The translations under genes and the position numbers were made by a program. A stretch of 61,456 nucleotides of DNA, filler included, from Dugesia japonica (lineage: Eukaryota): assembly GCA_001938525.1 (NCBI GenBank). It is 6 parts of 6 records of this genome, joined end to end, with 100 filler letters (N's around TTAATTAATTAA, not from the genome) between each part and the next. Parts side by side here need not be neighbours in the genome. Positions count along the whole stretch, not along the records: positions 1 to 14,430 come from MQRL01635290.1; positions 14,531 to 24,011 come from MQRL01611411.1; positions 24,112 to 33,814 come from MQRL01638748.1; 3 more parts are not named here. One strand, written 5' to 3'. Below the pieces are notes generated by a model. It worked only from the letters and a program-made list of their open reading frames with translations. It did no database searches and was not told the DNA's origin. This document shows positions 12,818 to 26,800 of this stretch, in pieces (the stretch's first letter is position 1; every line of letters starts with the position of its first letter).

Positions 12818-13054
12818 TTGAAAATCACTGTACTTAAATCAAAACCAGATCATTGTGATGTTCGAATTTTAAATATCTTGATATCCTTGAATACAAAATA
12901 TATTCCTACAAAATCACAAAAAATTAATCAGGAATTTTTAAAAACAAATGTGAATTACCTTTTCGAGAAGATGTATCATCTTGAAAGGCGCAGTTTTGAA
13001 AATAATATATATCAAGCAATATTTAAACAATTAAAAAGATTAGTTGAAAAATAA
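12818..13054 (+). pseudogene. Fragment homologous to the 1616-2152 ORF (same non-LTR-associated family)
   Basis: TKSQKINQEFLKTNVNYLFEKMYHLERRSFENN aligns with TKSQKINLELRKITPESFFLKSYNLNRLYFEKN. Confidence 0.65.
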
Positions 13055-14430
13055 ATAATTCCAGCTTCATATTTTATAGAAAACTTTAGATAATGTAAAT
13101 TATAAGTAAATGCATTGTGTTAATTTAATTTTTAAATAAAATGAAACGAAAATGAATGAATAAAAAACCTGCTGAAAGAAAATAAGTTAAGATTAGTAGA
13201 CTTCGCTAACAATGTCAAAAAAGTTGATTCTGTAAGATTCAATAACCTATTCTATTGATTAAAAACTATTATAGTTTACTTTAATTAGGTTTAGATTATA
13301 GACCGTTTTTATTGAACAAAATTTTTTAGGTCATTCCATAAGTAATGCAGTATTTTCCTTATTTTTTAAAACTAATGACAATTATTTATAAACCGTATTC
13401 AATAAAGTATTTTTTTTCATTCTGTACAATCTGCTAAACTTTCTGAAGGATAATTAAACAGATTTCCAACAAAGATGACATTTTTTAGATGATGACAAAA
13501 ATAATTAAATAAAAAAAATAGTTTTTCACTTAAACAAGTAACTAAGACTTGCGGTGTTTTTTACTTAAATAGAATTAACTTGTTAGACGTTTATTGTCGT
13601 ATTTATCGTTTTTTTATACGTCGACCCAAAAGAGTAACGGGTGACGTTTTGTAGTTTTGTTTGCAATTGTGGTTTTTTAAGTAACTTCAATTGAAAACTG
13701 GTCTGTAAATTACTGTAAAAAATGTATTTTAGTGAAAATATTTATTAGTTTATATATTAAATATATCTTTTACGAGATATTGTGTTTATTATTAAATTAT
13801 ATTTATACTTAAAATCTAAGAAAAGTTTAATCAGCTGTAAAAACACAGATAGAGTTAAATTAAAAAATCCTTCCAAACTCATTTAATTATTGATTAATTA
13901 AATTAACTGATTTTGGACTCATCACGTATTTATGAGGATTCTATAATAGTTTAATATTCTAAATAAGAATAAACCCGATACTCTTTTTAATCCTTACATA
14001 ATAATAGTAATTATTTTTATTATTATCAATGGCGTAACTAGTGGGGAGCGAGCAGGGCACTCGTTCTGATTGCCCAAACTTTGGTCCGTCAAAAGGATAT
14101 TAAAAAAATAAAACTCTGGTTCTAAAAGTAATTAAAGTTATTATATTTGTACTTATTTTTTCTTATTATATTTGTACGTTTCTAAAAGTTTATTTCTGAG
14201 TTCTTCTATATTGTTATCAATTTCTGGGATAGGATAATGGTATGTTGGTATCATCCTTCTGAAAGATTGTTTATACTTCCATTTTGATGAAAACATTGAG
14301 GAATTATCTGATGTTTCATATGTAGTATTTTCAAGTCTGTGTAATTGGCATTTGACACTATAAATAGAAGCTTCAATCATTGCAATATTGGAGGAGTCAG
14401 AGGCTCCTGGATTTGTAGGGATATAGCTCG

Positions 14431-14530
14431 NNNNNNNNNNNNNNNNNNNNNNNNNNNNNNNNNNNNNNNNNNNNTTAATTAATTAANNNNNNNNNNNNNN
14501 NNNNNNNNNNNNNNNNNNNNNNNNNNNNNN
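14431..14530. other. Artificial contig linker
   Basis: 44 N + TTAATTAATTAA (stops in all six frames) + 44 N = 100 bp. Confidence 0.97.
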
Positions 14531-16479
14531 TTTATAAGAACAATGCATCACCAATATGTTTTATTTTGGAAAATTGCATTGTCAATGTTTTTTTTCAATG
14601 GAAAGTTACATCGCTAATAAGATTTTTTATTAAAAATTGTAAAACTAAAGAGATTTTCTATTAAAAATTGCATCGTTAATAATATTTCTTATTAAAAATT
14701 ACCTACTTTTTAAAAAGCACTTTAACAACGCAAACACAAAGAAAATTTACAATTTGAAAATACGCACACACACACCTTCAAAATCAAAAAAAACTAATTA
14801 GATCAAAAAAAATTCAATCCGATCAAAAATATTTTGATTCCAAAAATCTTAGGAAAAAAAATCGATCACAAAAATCATGGTTAAAAAATCGCAGCTTAAG
14901 CGTAATGTGTTTCCCAGCCCCCGTCGGGAAAGGGGCTCGATAACTGCTTAAAAATAATTGTGCCCGAATTTTGGCTCATTGTCAAATTGTGACCGTGTGC
15001 CATTATCTATCACATCTTCTAAAAGTCTCTATAGAAACTCTATAAATACAATTTAAAACCCTATAATAGCCTGGTAAACAATATAATTCCTACAATATTT
15101 TAAAAAATCTCATAAATCTTTATCTAAACCTTAAGGAAATCCTATAGAAATCCTATAACATCTTATAAAACCTCTAGAGAAACACACTGAATACAATATA
15201 AAACCCAATTTTAGCTTACAAAACCCCATAAAACCTCATAAAAATCCTCATAAATCTCTATAGAAACCCTATAGAAACCTTAAAACACCTTATAAAAAAA
15301 CATCTATCAAAATTCAATAAATACATAATAAAACAAAAAGATAGTCTATTAAACAATATAAAGTCATCCAGAACCTAGAAAATCACAAAACAACTGGTAA
15401 AACGTAAATATTTCTCAAGGAACATTAACATTAATATTACCCAGAGGGTATTAAAATTAATATTGTCCAGGAGATTTTAGCGTTAATAAAAAAATTTAAT
15501 AGAAAGAAAAATCTAAAAAAAAATTTCAAAATAAAAAAACATTTGGAAAAAAAATATTTTTAAAAAGAAAGTTAAAACAACGAATATTTCAGCAAAGTTT
15601 GAATCAAATTACACATTGAAAATTAATTAATTCATCATACTTAATTTTTTCAATCAATTATATGCTTAGAAATTATTTCAATGAATCAATCTTAATAAAA
15701 ATTTCATTACAAATTAATTGTTTATTATGTTTTACGATAAAAATAGAATAGTTTATTAAAAATAGACGAAATCTTATTTAATTTCAAAATTACAAGTTAA
15801 AATATAGAATAGAATAGATAAATACATACTAATTAAACATTTACCATTAGTGAAGAATAAAGACTTGAAAATTGCGAGAAAACCATTGATAACTAAAAAT
15901 TAGAGCACGGTAAGCAGAACACTGATGATTGAAATCTAGTGGACAGAGCACAAAAAGCAAAGCTTTGATAACTGATGACCTGCAAAAAATGAGAAAACTA
16001 GTAAAGTATGAAAAGGCTATTTTAATTTTAATTTTTGTATTGTATAATCATTTGTAAAGTTCGCATAGATATTACCCAACTTACCTGTTAATTAGTTAGA
16101 CCTTAATCTTAATCCAAATGTGTGTGCGATATGTTCATCTTCAAATATGACAACATATGGAAATTCACAATGACATATTATGAGATTCTTTTCAAATATT
16201 TCAATATTTTCATTTTGATTAACTATTTTTTCTTTGTTATTAATTGTCATAGTTATTTCATTCAATATTTTATTTGCTGTCATGTATTCAATTTTTAACT
16301 TGCTATACTGTAGAAATGGAAAATATATAAAGGTCAAATTCATGATGGCTACCTCCTAACTACCATCCATGTAAATCGGATTTTGAAGTTCCAGAATAAA
16401 ATTACTTGCTGTATTTTCCGTGTGAATAAGTGGTCAACTATTACATGGTAGAATTGTATAGAAATTTCTTCTATATTGA

Positions 16480-17325
16480 CTATTTGCGATGCTAATATCC
16501 AACTTGGTTTTTCATATCCATGCCATTTTACATAGTATGGTTTATTTTTACCAGATCATTTTGTATGATAATTTTTCTATTCTATATATCTCTGGCGGTG
16601 AATGACTTATAATTACTGTTCACAGAATTTTCCTTGCACGATATTGTCTTCATAATCTTTAATAAAATACAAAACCGAATTTGGTTTTGTGTTAAATTTT
16701 TTTATTTGAAACACTCCAATTACTATTGAAATTCTTGATAAATGGTGAAGCTGATATTTTTGAGATTCTCACATGATCACAAACTTTAAATTTTGGTTTT
16801 GTACTTGCTTTTGAGTGTTTTTTCCAAAACCATAACTTTTATTGATTGTTTGAACTTGCATTAACCAGAAGTGCTTTCTGATTCAAATAATTTTAAATAT
16901 GAATTAGTTTTGGTAAAACAGTTATCCATGTTTTATTACTAACATCTATAAAGTACTTTATAAAAGCATCTCTTAATGTACGATTAAATCTCGACATGTA
17001 CAGCTTTATACTGTGAGAAAAATACTATAATGGTTTATTGTTAGAAGATTTATAAGTTTTTTCACTTTGGAATTGTAAAATTTCTTACCCAAATCCATTT
17101 ATAAATTATCTGGGTGTCTATTTTTAAACATTGATTTGATGGCTAGTACCATATCATTAGCAGATTTTGATTTGACTGGAATTTTTGAATTGCTTTCATT
17201 AATTTTTCTAAATCTCGGAAAACTGCTGGATTTGTTGGATCCGTACATATTGTCTTCAGTTTCCTCATTACATTAATTCGATGAGCATTCCAGGTCAAAA
17301 TCCGGTACAAGTGTTTAGTGGCCAT
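16480..17325 (-). pseudogene. Polinton/Maverick-type retroviral-like integrase with C-terminal chromodomain, decayed
   Basis: Minus-strand motifs in the expected order: LKTICTDPTNPAVFRDLEKLMKA, DLGK (DxGxEF-like), SRFNRTL, TKPKFKVCDHVRISK, YYVKWHGYEKPSW. Confidence 0.85.
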
Positions 17326-18299
17326 TTTTCGTAAGCAGAATTGTCAATATGGGTTGAGCCAAATATCTGGTTAAGGTGCCTAACATAACGCTCATGGTTT
17401 CAATCTACCCATTGTTTATTTAAATGTTGCTATAAAGCGACCAACTTTATTTGAAATGAGTTCAGCCTAATGCAGTTAATGCAATTGGTAGTAATGTTGC
17501 TATAAGACAACCTTCTTGGTTATTCATTACTACTCGCCTCTTCAATTTTCTATTATTTGTATTTACAAGCGTTTACAATTTTTATTGTAAAATAATAAGC
17601 AATTAAATAAATAAGCAATTTTTATTACAAATTTTCAATTTTTTCAATGTGCTCTTTTTAGCTTCGCTCAAATTTTCATTACCACGAACAATATTTACAA
17701 TAATCTCAAATAAATCATTTATAACATACAATGGAAATGATTGAAAAATTTTCATTCTAGAAAATTTTGATGATCTAATCAATGCAGTAGAAAACGAAAT
17801 AATTCTTTCTAATATCATTTCTTTTTCAATAAAACAGTGAATTTTTTATAATGATATCCATTTCCATTCATCATTTTAAGTTTCTTTCCTTTACTTTTTA
17901 CAAGTGTTTTTAAACATAACCAATTACTGCTTCTTATTTACAAATGGCTTCTTATGTGATTGCTTCTTATGTGATTTTGTCTTATACAATTGTTTTCTCT
18001 TTTTCTGCACAGCAGGCAATGTTTAACAACACCATCATCAGTATCTGAATCAACTACAGTTTTTTTAAATTTTGCCTTATTTTATAATATTAAGAAAATT
18101 AAGAAATTAAGTTCGAGTGATATGTAGCTCACTTTGATAGTTAAGAAATTTTTTTTTGTACTTGTAGAGGCAGTAAAAGTTGAATCAAACGCATTTAATT
18201 ATTATTTATTTCTTTTACGAGTGGAAATGCGGAATGAAGTTTATTCATGTTGGTCATCTTACTATTATTATTTCTTTAATAAATACGGTTAACCTGATT

Positions 18300-19015
18300 A
18301 ATGAAATTAATTGTGATTGAATGATATTTCAAATTTTAGTGAACAAATCCAATGATGAAAAGATGATGAAAAAAGATGTTTTCGCCGCGTGGCAACGGTG
18401 GAAGGAGGAACGAAAAGAGTTAAAAAATGAAATTCTGAGGCTGAAGGGATAGGTAAAGAAGTCCGCAGTAAAACACAATCAGATACACTTAAATCAGAAA
18501 TACAATCAGAAATACACTTAAAAAGAGCTGTCCCTTTAGCACGCGAACGGATGTTATAAAGACGTACGCAGACCGAGAAGGATTCATGTTTGTACCTTTA
18601 AGGACACCATAGTTAAATTACCGTGCGGCGGTAGATGAAACGGTTGGAGAAACTACTACTATGAATTTAGATGCAGATTAGACGAATCTACAAGACCTAT
18701 CAATAGGAAAATAAAGGTTAATAGGCGTCATTAGCGTGTTCTGAATTAATGAATTTTTTTTAAAATTGTAGTGTAAATTTTTACTTAGCATAATAAGAGT
18801 TATTGCTGTCAGGATTCAGAAAATCTAGTGAGTAAGACGCTATATCACAAAGTCGCGCTGAAACCGTGGGTGAGAGGGGCATGTCACAGAGGTGACACAA
18901 ATGCTTGTGATTTTTAGGTATGCCCCTAGATATGTCGTTGGAAATAATAATTATTAAAAGCGAGAATAGAGAAGTTAAAGAAAATTTAAAACATCAAAAT
19001 CCTAAAATCCCAACA
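18300..19015 (+). mobile_element. Second, diverged copy of the right part of the 9007-12177 element
   Basis: ttttag|TG acceptor at 18339, a homologous ORF with premature stops, the shared ~100-bp block at 18834-18935 and terminus cctaaaatcccaaca. Left boundary not identified. Confidence 0.8.
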
Positions 19016-21720
19016 TGAAGAACTGGAAGATGCTGATGATGAAGCAGAAGAATATTTTATTTTAAATGAAGAAGTATATCTTTATGAGAAAAGTATGTTT
19101 TATGTTATTGTTTCTTTTCTATTAATGGTTGTTTTTAAACATTCCTAAAGACATATTACAAGCTTATTACAAGATTTTCCAATTTTGAGGACCATGAGAA
19201 TTATAATAATTGATCCAAAATAAATACTTTACTGGATATCAATTATGAGAAAATAATCGAAGAATATTTGCATGAATCAAGATGCTGTTCATTAATAACA
19301 GATGATTACTATAGAAAGTGTCTGAAAAGGAAATGTGAAGAAGCTTTATCGGAAAATGAAAATGAATTTTTATGTAAATCAGATTGTGATTGTATCAATC
19401 GGTCCTCTTCAGGAACACAAATCTTGGTTGATTAACAAAAAAATGTTTGGTTTTTATTATTTGTTTGTAAAAAATGTTGTTTCTTTTTTTTATAAAAATT
19501 AAATGTTTTATTAAAAAGTTTTAATTTATTTAAAACAAATTGCAAAAATAATAAACATTTACTTATAAAACAAAAAAAATACTAAAATAAATAAAATAAT
19601 CTAATAATTCAGCAAGTTAATTCGTTTAATTTATAGTTTCTCTTTAACGACTCTATTATTTTTTGCTTGCCATAATATAGTAATTCTGCCTGTTTATTCA
19701 TTTCAGTAAAAGCCTCTCTTTAATAATTCAGCATCCTCTTTCGATTATATACACTTAATTTATTTTAGTAATGAATGATCATATATATTGTAATATTTTA
19801 ATATTAATTTTTAAATAATCGAAAGATTTACTTCCAGATTTACTTAAGAGATAAGTTTAATCTTTCTGATAAGAGCTGATAATATCAAAATTATGTGATG
19901 AATTCTCTCAAAATCTGCGATGCTTTTATAGTATTTTGTATCGTCAGTTTTTGACAGTTTAACATGTGAATACCACTTCAATTTTTAGTTTTTTTTAAAA
20001 TTTTGCATAGATCGGTGCTCACTCGTTGTTCATATAACTTCATTATCATTATGTATTACATCTTTACTTTGTATTATGCACGGTGATCAACAATTTACAC
20101 AGAGACTATATACTTTGCGGTTCTTATCTGAAATATGGAGATTTCAATGTTGTATACGAAGTGCGGTGCTCACTTATCAATGCGTTTTCTTGTGCTGGTG
20201 CCAAACCAAATTTGTGGTCACGAGTTGATAAAAAAAAGTAATAATATTTTTCTTTAAAAATAATAAAATCAGAAAGTTAGTTTTCTAGAACACCAATATA
20301 TAAATAAGGATAAATACAAGATCTTTGTAAATAATTAAATATCAATATAAAATTTGAATATAAAAGTAACTCTTCTTTCCTTACATATGAATTTCTTGTT
20401 CTAATTCTTTTTCTTTCATTATAAATAATAATACATTTAATAATATTTAACTTTAATAATAATAATTTTCTTTTAATTGAGTTTTTGTGAAATTGAAATA
20501 TAAATAGGAAATTAAACAAGATGCTGTACAAATAATTTAACATTTTTACCAATTATAAAACTAAATTCCCTATTCTTTAATTAAATTCAATTGTGTTTTC
20601 CTAATTCCATTTTTATCTTTATAATTAATAATATTTATTTCAATATTAATAATTTTTGTTGTTGAACTATTTGTTTTAATCTATATACTTATTGTCAGGA
20701 TAAGTAAATGAATATTTCAAGTTTCAATTTTAGAAATTAATTTGAAATTAATTTTAATAAGAAAAAAAGAAGATCGAAAATCAAATAGAAACAGATGTTG
20801 GGTATTCTAACTCAACAAAAGATTTTATGGTTCGTATTTGATGCTAGTAAAAATAAATAATTGATTTGCGATTTTACGGGTGTTGATTTTATCCCTGTGT
20901 ATATGTTCATACTGTATTATATAATCAATATCTGATGATGTAAATAAAGTGATATAGTGTAACTTACCTTATGTAAATAAATGAATAAACACTTTAAAAA
21001 ATACCCTTTATTTTTGGAGTATACACAATATGTTTAACTTATCAATATCTTATCAGATCGATTTTAATTTGACAAAGTACTGCTTCCGGTAGAGGTCAGA
21101 GTCTTTGCAAATGAGAAAAGTCTGATTTACACTANNNNNNNNNNNNNNNNNNNNNNNNNNNNNNNNNNNNNNNNNNNNNNNNNNCACCATAATTTTTAAA
21201 ATAAACTCATATTATTAATAAAATTTCTTTACAAAGTAAAACAACTCAATAAATTTTTTGTGAAAATAACGTTCACTAATAATAAATTCAATTATTTAAA
21301 TTTTCCAACTACAAATAACATCAATAATTTTCAACATACAATTAATATTTTTTACAAAATAAATATAAAATAATCAAATCAAATAATTAAAATAAATAAT
21401 GTCATAAAAGGATTGAAATCAAATCATAAAAAATATTGAAGTCAAATAATTAAATAAACAATGTCAATATGAATGTTGGATTGATATCTTAGGAATCTGC
21501 TCGAGGTTAGATGATTGACTTGAACTGATTACTATTTGAATGATTTACTTGTATTTGTGAGGATTACTGTAATGTTATATTTGCGTGTTCTGCATGCTGT
21601 GTACAACTGTACCTCAACACAGATAATTATTAATAGGTAGAATTTCTATATTTTTTAAATAAATATTTTAAATCATGAGGGACACTTTACTAAATGAGCA
21701 CGTATGCTCTGTTTCTAATA

Positions 21721-22480
21721 TGGTGGCAGCGGTTAATACTGAAAGTATTACGGACCGTCTTATGCCGGATATCTAAGAAGAAGAAATATTTATATGCAAG
21801 TGCGAAATTTATTTCGGAGTCAAAGGAATACACAATAAAAAAGATCTGGTGCGTTTAGTAATATGTATGATAGAAGAGGAACTAGTTGAGAAGTATGTTG
21901 AAATATTTAAAAAGACAGAAGGATTCCAGGATTGACTTTGCATAGCATTTGGAAAGGAAAGAATCATTAAACTGGATTTCTGAGAACTGTTAGATTTCAA
22001 ACATAATCATGAAGATGTGGAAACGTATATTGCCAAAGTAGAATAACTGGTAAATAACTTATTTTTAAATAAAAGTTTTACACAGGAAGATGTTGATTCT
22101 CTGTGCAGGCGATAGACGTGCAGAAGAAGAAGTCCTCCTGAGGAAAATAAATGAAGTTAATGGCATTAAAGAAACTTTGCAATCGTTAGATAAGCTGGAG
22201 AATAAAGGAGAGCAAATTAAAGTAGTTCGAAGCAGTCTAAAAGAAACTGTAAGATTTAAGCAGGCAGCTCGAAATGTGGACAGAAAACAAAAAATAGTTG
22301 GGTGACGTCTTATGATATATTTAGATGTTAGGAGTGTAATAAAGAAGGCCAAAGTTGCAGAGAATGTTCGATGAGAAGGCAAGTGAGATGCTGGACGTGT
22401 GAAGAAGAAGGACATATTAGTCGAGACGGCAGAAAACAAATTCGATGTTGATTAAAGAGACACATATGAGTACTGTGAGT
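21721..22480 (+). mobile_element. Gypsy-like internal fragment: tRNA-Leu PBS and degenerate gag with zinc knuckle
   Basis: TGGTGGCAGCGGT at 21721 is complementary to the eukaryotic tRNA-Leu 3' end. VRCWTCEEEGHISRD(G) at ~22385 is a degenerate CX2CX4HX4C. Confidence 0.75.
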
Positions 22481-22938
22481 AGTTAAGAAGCGAGATGAAG
22501 TTTTTGTGCTTTCATTGGAAACTTTTTTTTGAAATATTTTTTTAAAAAAATAAAAAATCACAAATTAATTAAAAAGTTAAAAAAAATTATTTTCCATAGA
22601 AGTTTGATCTAAAATTTTGCAACTAAAGTTATTTTTAAAAAATCTTAAAGGCTTTTGAATTAAAATTTTGCAATTAAAATTATGTTTTAAAAATATTAAA
22701 AAAAGTGTTTGAATGAGAATTTAAATTTTGCATATAAAATTATTTTTTTAAAAATCTTCAAATTATTTTTGAATGAATCTGAAATTTTATATCTATTAGA
22801 AAATAGTTTTCAATCAGAGCATGAGGTTTTAATTTGTTTGATTAAACAAATAATGATGTCATAGTTTTTATTTTGTAATAAAATTTATGGAGTTGAATTT
22901 TGATGTTGATAATACAAGTTCTCAAAATTTATCTAACA

Positions 22939-24011
22939 TGTTGGCAGCGGTAAACACTGATGCGATCACATAAAGATTGTGGTAAAAAAGACCGAGTCAC
23001 AGAGCGGAAGAATATTATTTGAACATTAATAAACCTAGACTAGAAGAGAGAAGATACAATTTTAAAAGCGGACAACAAACAAAAGATTGAAGTCGGACAA
23101 AACCAATTCATGCCATTCGAGAAGAGGATGTTGAAGAGAATGAAGAGATATTTTTTGGAAGCATAATAAAAGATGAAAATTCAAGAAGCGAATACCCAAA
23201 AGGCAAGGCTCCATCAGTAGAGAAGTTTGTTAGAGCCATTCATTAAACGAGATACTGTTTGAATATCCTCAAGAGGCCGAGAAACGAGATGAGATGAGTA
23301 AAAAGAGAGAAAAGGTTTACAGATTCCTAAAAAGAGAAAGTTTCAATGATGCAGAAGTTAACAAAGCAAGAGTGATAGGAATAATTGAAAAGAAACAGAA
23401 TGCAGAAATTTCGTATGACAAAATGCAAAGGAAACCTAGCATTTCAGTGATTATCAATCGTGAACAGTTTGATTGTTTGTTAGATATAGGAGCAAGAATA
23501 AATGTGGTGAGCATGAAAGGATTTAATAGACTCTTAGAAACAATGTTATAAAAAAGCGAGGAACGATTGCATTGCGCGAATAACAGCTCATTGAAGACGA
23601 TTGGAAAGATACGTGTCGGAGTTGTAGTTTCAGAGGTGTGCAAGTAAGTAATATTTCTAAAATTAAAGAAATTAATACCAGATCAAATTGATGGAGTGGA
23701 ATTCCAGAATACCTTTGGGTACCATCTGCAAAAAATGTGCAGGGTAGACATCAATAATCACCGAGGAAAAATTTGGAAGACAAATACAGACGGATGAACG
23801 ATTGAGATATGCTATGGAGATTCTAGAAAATAACAAAGATCATAGATTGACTGTGATTATTCAGAATAATAAGGATGTATTTATGGCGGATAAATAGGAC
23901 ATTAGATGTACACACTTCACAAAGCGTCGAACAATCTCTAAAGGAGGTCCAATCAACATAAAACCGTATCGCCAACCAATGAATCTAGAGGAAAAGATTG
24001 AAGAGGCCATC
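22939..24011 (+). mobile_element. Gypsy-like internal fragment: PBS, aspartic protease remnant, start of RT
   Basis: ctaaca|TGTTGGCAGCGGT, then CLLDIGARINVVS (LDTGA-like) and KPYRQPMNLEEKIEEAI at the segment end. Confidence 0.8.
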
Positions 24012-24111
24012 NNNNNNNNNNNNNNNNNNNNNNNNNNNNNNNNNNNNNNNNNNNNTTAATTAATTAANNNNNNNNNNNNNNNNNNNNNNNNNNNNNNNNN
24101 NNNNNNNNNNN
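24012..24111. other. Artificial contig linker
   Basis: 44 N + TTAATTAATTAA + 44 N. Confidence 0.97.
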
Positions 24112-24139
24112 TATTTTCTTCGCGGGTGTTTCACCCCAA

Positions 24140-24185
<46 letters not shown>

Positions 24186-24309
24186 GATTGAGATTTCTTT
24201 TTTTTATTTCTTGTAGTAAAATTTTTTTTTACTGTTCAATTTGTTTTTTAAAATTTTTTTATTTCTTAATTTTTGTTTTATTGAAATTTTTTTTCTTGTT
24301 GTTTTTATT

Positions 24310-24445
24310 GGGACTTCTATGTAATTTTAAAAACTTTTTATCGACTTCTATGTAATTTTTTAAATATTTCAACGACTTCTATGTAATTTATTCAAAATTG
24401 CAATGACTTCTATGTAATTTTTGAAATATTTTAACGACATCTAAT
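24310..24445. repeat. ~30-bp minisatellite
   Basis: gacttctatgtaattt recurs four times at 30-31 bp spacing, with a fifth degenerate copy. Confidence 0.8.
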
Positions 24446-25079
24446 TAATACAGTTGAAATATCTATGTAAGATAACACATAAAAGACAATTATGAGAAAA
24501 ATTTATTTAAATCACTGCCATGTTCTTTATTACACATTTAAAAATACAATCAATATGTCTTCATCATTCATTTCTTTATCATTTATTTCCTCATTGGATT
24601 GTGAATCAGTCATATCCTTATTTGTATTTGTGTCAGACATTACTTCATAAGAAATGTCATCATTTGGAGGGATATCAATTATTTCCTCATCAATAATGAC
24701 ATCATTTGGTTGTACATCAATCATTTTCTCTGTAATAACGTCATCATTTGGTTGAGTATCGCCCATCTCTTTCTATGCTGATGCATCTATTTCAATTATT
24801 TCTACATCATTTCCTTGAAAATCAGNNNNNNNNNNNNNNNNNNNNNNNNNNNNNNNNNNNNNNNNNNNNNNNNNNNNNNNNNNNNNNNNNNNNNNNNNNN
24901 NNNNNNNCGTCTATAATATTATACGAATGCATCAGTTGTTAAGTTTCTATCAGTCTTTTGTTTATCATACATTTTCGTTGCTTAACATGTATTTATGATG
25001 CACACATGGATTAATATGTTTAAAATTTTAATATTCCCCAAAAACCTTTAATATTAATATTTTAAATAGATGAGTATAT

Positions 25080-26800
25080 CTGCTGCATAATGTGTATTAT
25101 ATGACTATATTGGGTTTATTGTATGTATTTACCTGTATGTATAGGGTTTATTGTATCTTTAACTAGTTTTATTGTTGTATTTGTATGTATTTAATGTTAT
25201 TAGGTTTTTTGTATGTATTATATCACTATATTGTGTTAATTGTATGTATTATAAGAACCTTTTGGGCTTAGTGTATGTATTATATTACTATATTAGGTTT
25301 ATTATGTGTATTATATAATTCTATGTTGTTAATCGAATGTATAATATCCATTGGTTTTCTGTGTTTAAGACTCACTTATCTTACTGTGTATGAAGCTCTA
25401 TTCGATATGTTGTATTAGACACTAATGAAATCTGTTGTGTTTGTAAAAATTACCCATACATCTATGTTATGTTTAAAATTAATACATAGACATCTATACT
25501 ATGTTTGAGAATATAACATAGACATCTATATTATGTTTGTAAATTGTGCAGATTAAATATTTTAATAGGTATATGAATTAAGTTTTTCAGGAACATATAG
25601 TAAATATTTAGAAATATTTACATATTAAATATTAATATTTTTTTTAAATATTAAAAAAATTATAGGCTCTCTGGTAACTTTCCGAAATATTTTAGGGACA
25701 TCTAGTAACTTTTTGAAAAAATTAATAGATCTCTGGTAACTTTTTGAAATATTTAGAGGATCTCTGGTAAATCTTTTGAAATAATTACATGACATCTCGT
25801 AACCTTTTATTGAAAAATATGTAATTTTAAAACAATTGTTTAATAAACTCATATAAAAGCATATAATTACTCTAAAACCTATAATTATCTTATAAAACAT
25901 ATATAATTACCATATTAAACTCTATAAAAGGATAATGAGAATATATAAAACCTTATATTTACTCTATAAAAGTCTTATAATTCCTATAAAAACCATATAA
26001 AAAGCAATAAAATATAAAAAGTAAAACCACATAAATACCCTAAAGGAACATATAAAACCCATCAATCATATAAAACTCTATTAAAACCCTATAATTACCA
26101 TATATTTACCTTATAAAAACTTATAATTACTCTATAATTACCTTAGAAAACCATATAATAAGCATATAGAAACATATAAATACCTTATAAAAATACCTNN
26201 NNNNNNNNNNNNNNNNNNNNNNNNNNNNNNNNNNNNNNNNNNNNNNNNNNNNNNNNNNNNNNNNNNNNNNNNNNNNNNNNNNNNNNNNNNNNTCTATTAA
26301 ATTCATAAAATCACCGTATAATTACCATATGAAAGTATACAGTTACCTTGTAAACCAAATAAGACTATATAAAATCCTATAAAAGTATATAAAAACCCCT
26401 TATATTTACTTAGTAAACGAGCTTTTGTACACTTACATTCCTATTTGCAAACCTATATTGTCTTTGTTAACTTGCACAAGTGTAACTCATGCTCTTTTTT
26501 CTAGTTGCACTCGTGTTGCAATGTCTTTGTTTGACTTGCATTTATGTTGTACAGGTATGAATCATACCATTTTTTAACATTTATTTGTGTATGTGTGTAT
26601 GTATTGGTTTATTAAATGTGTATTAATTTATTATGTGATAAAAAACCTAATATAAGTTCGATAAAATCTTTTAAGACTATGAAAACCTATAAAATACTCA
26701 TACAACCATATAAAAAAGATTCATATAAAACCCATATGGATAATATTTAACCTTATAATAATCATATAAAACTATATAAAAACCCTATAATAATGCCAAA
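25080..26800. repeat. Low-complexity degenerate minisatellite tract (aaacctataa / ttatgtatta type)
   Basis: Short degenerate units with a strand-asymmetry switch near 25500-25800. A similar tract occurs at 15030-15360. Confidence 0.6.

Noticed and set aside
14475-14486. TTAATTAATTAA as a biological palindrome or recombination site
   Set aside because: Always centred in exactly 44+44 N, so it is an assembly linker.
18244-19019. TTCATGTTGG / CCAACATGAA as TIRs defining a 770-bp element
   Set aside because: No direct-repeat TSD and the left sequence does not match the 9007 terminus beyond TGTTGG; probably chance.
24310-24445. CRISPR-like repeat-spacer array
   Set aside because: Period of only ~30 bp, similar AT-rich spacers, eukaryotic context and no cas genes; it is a minisatellite.
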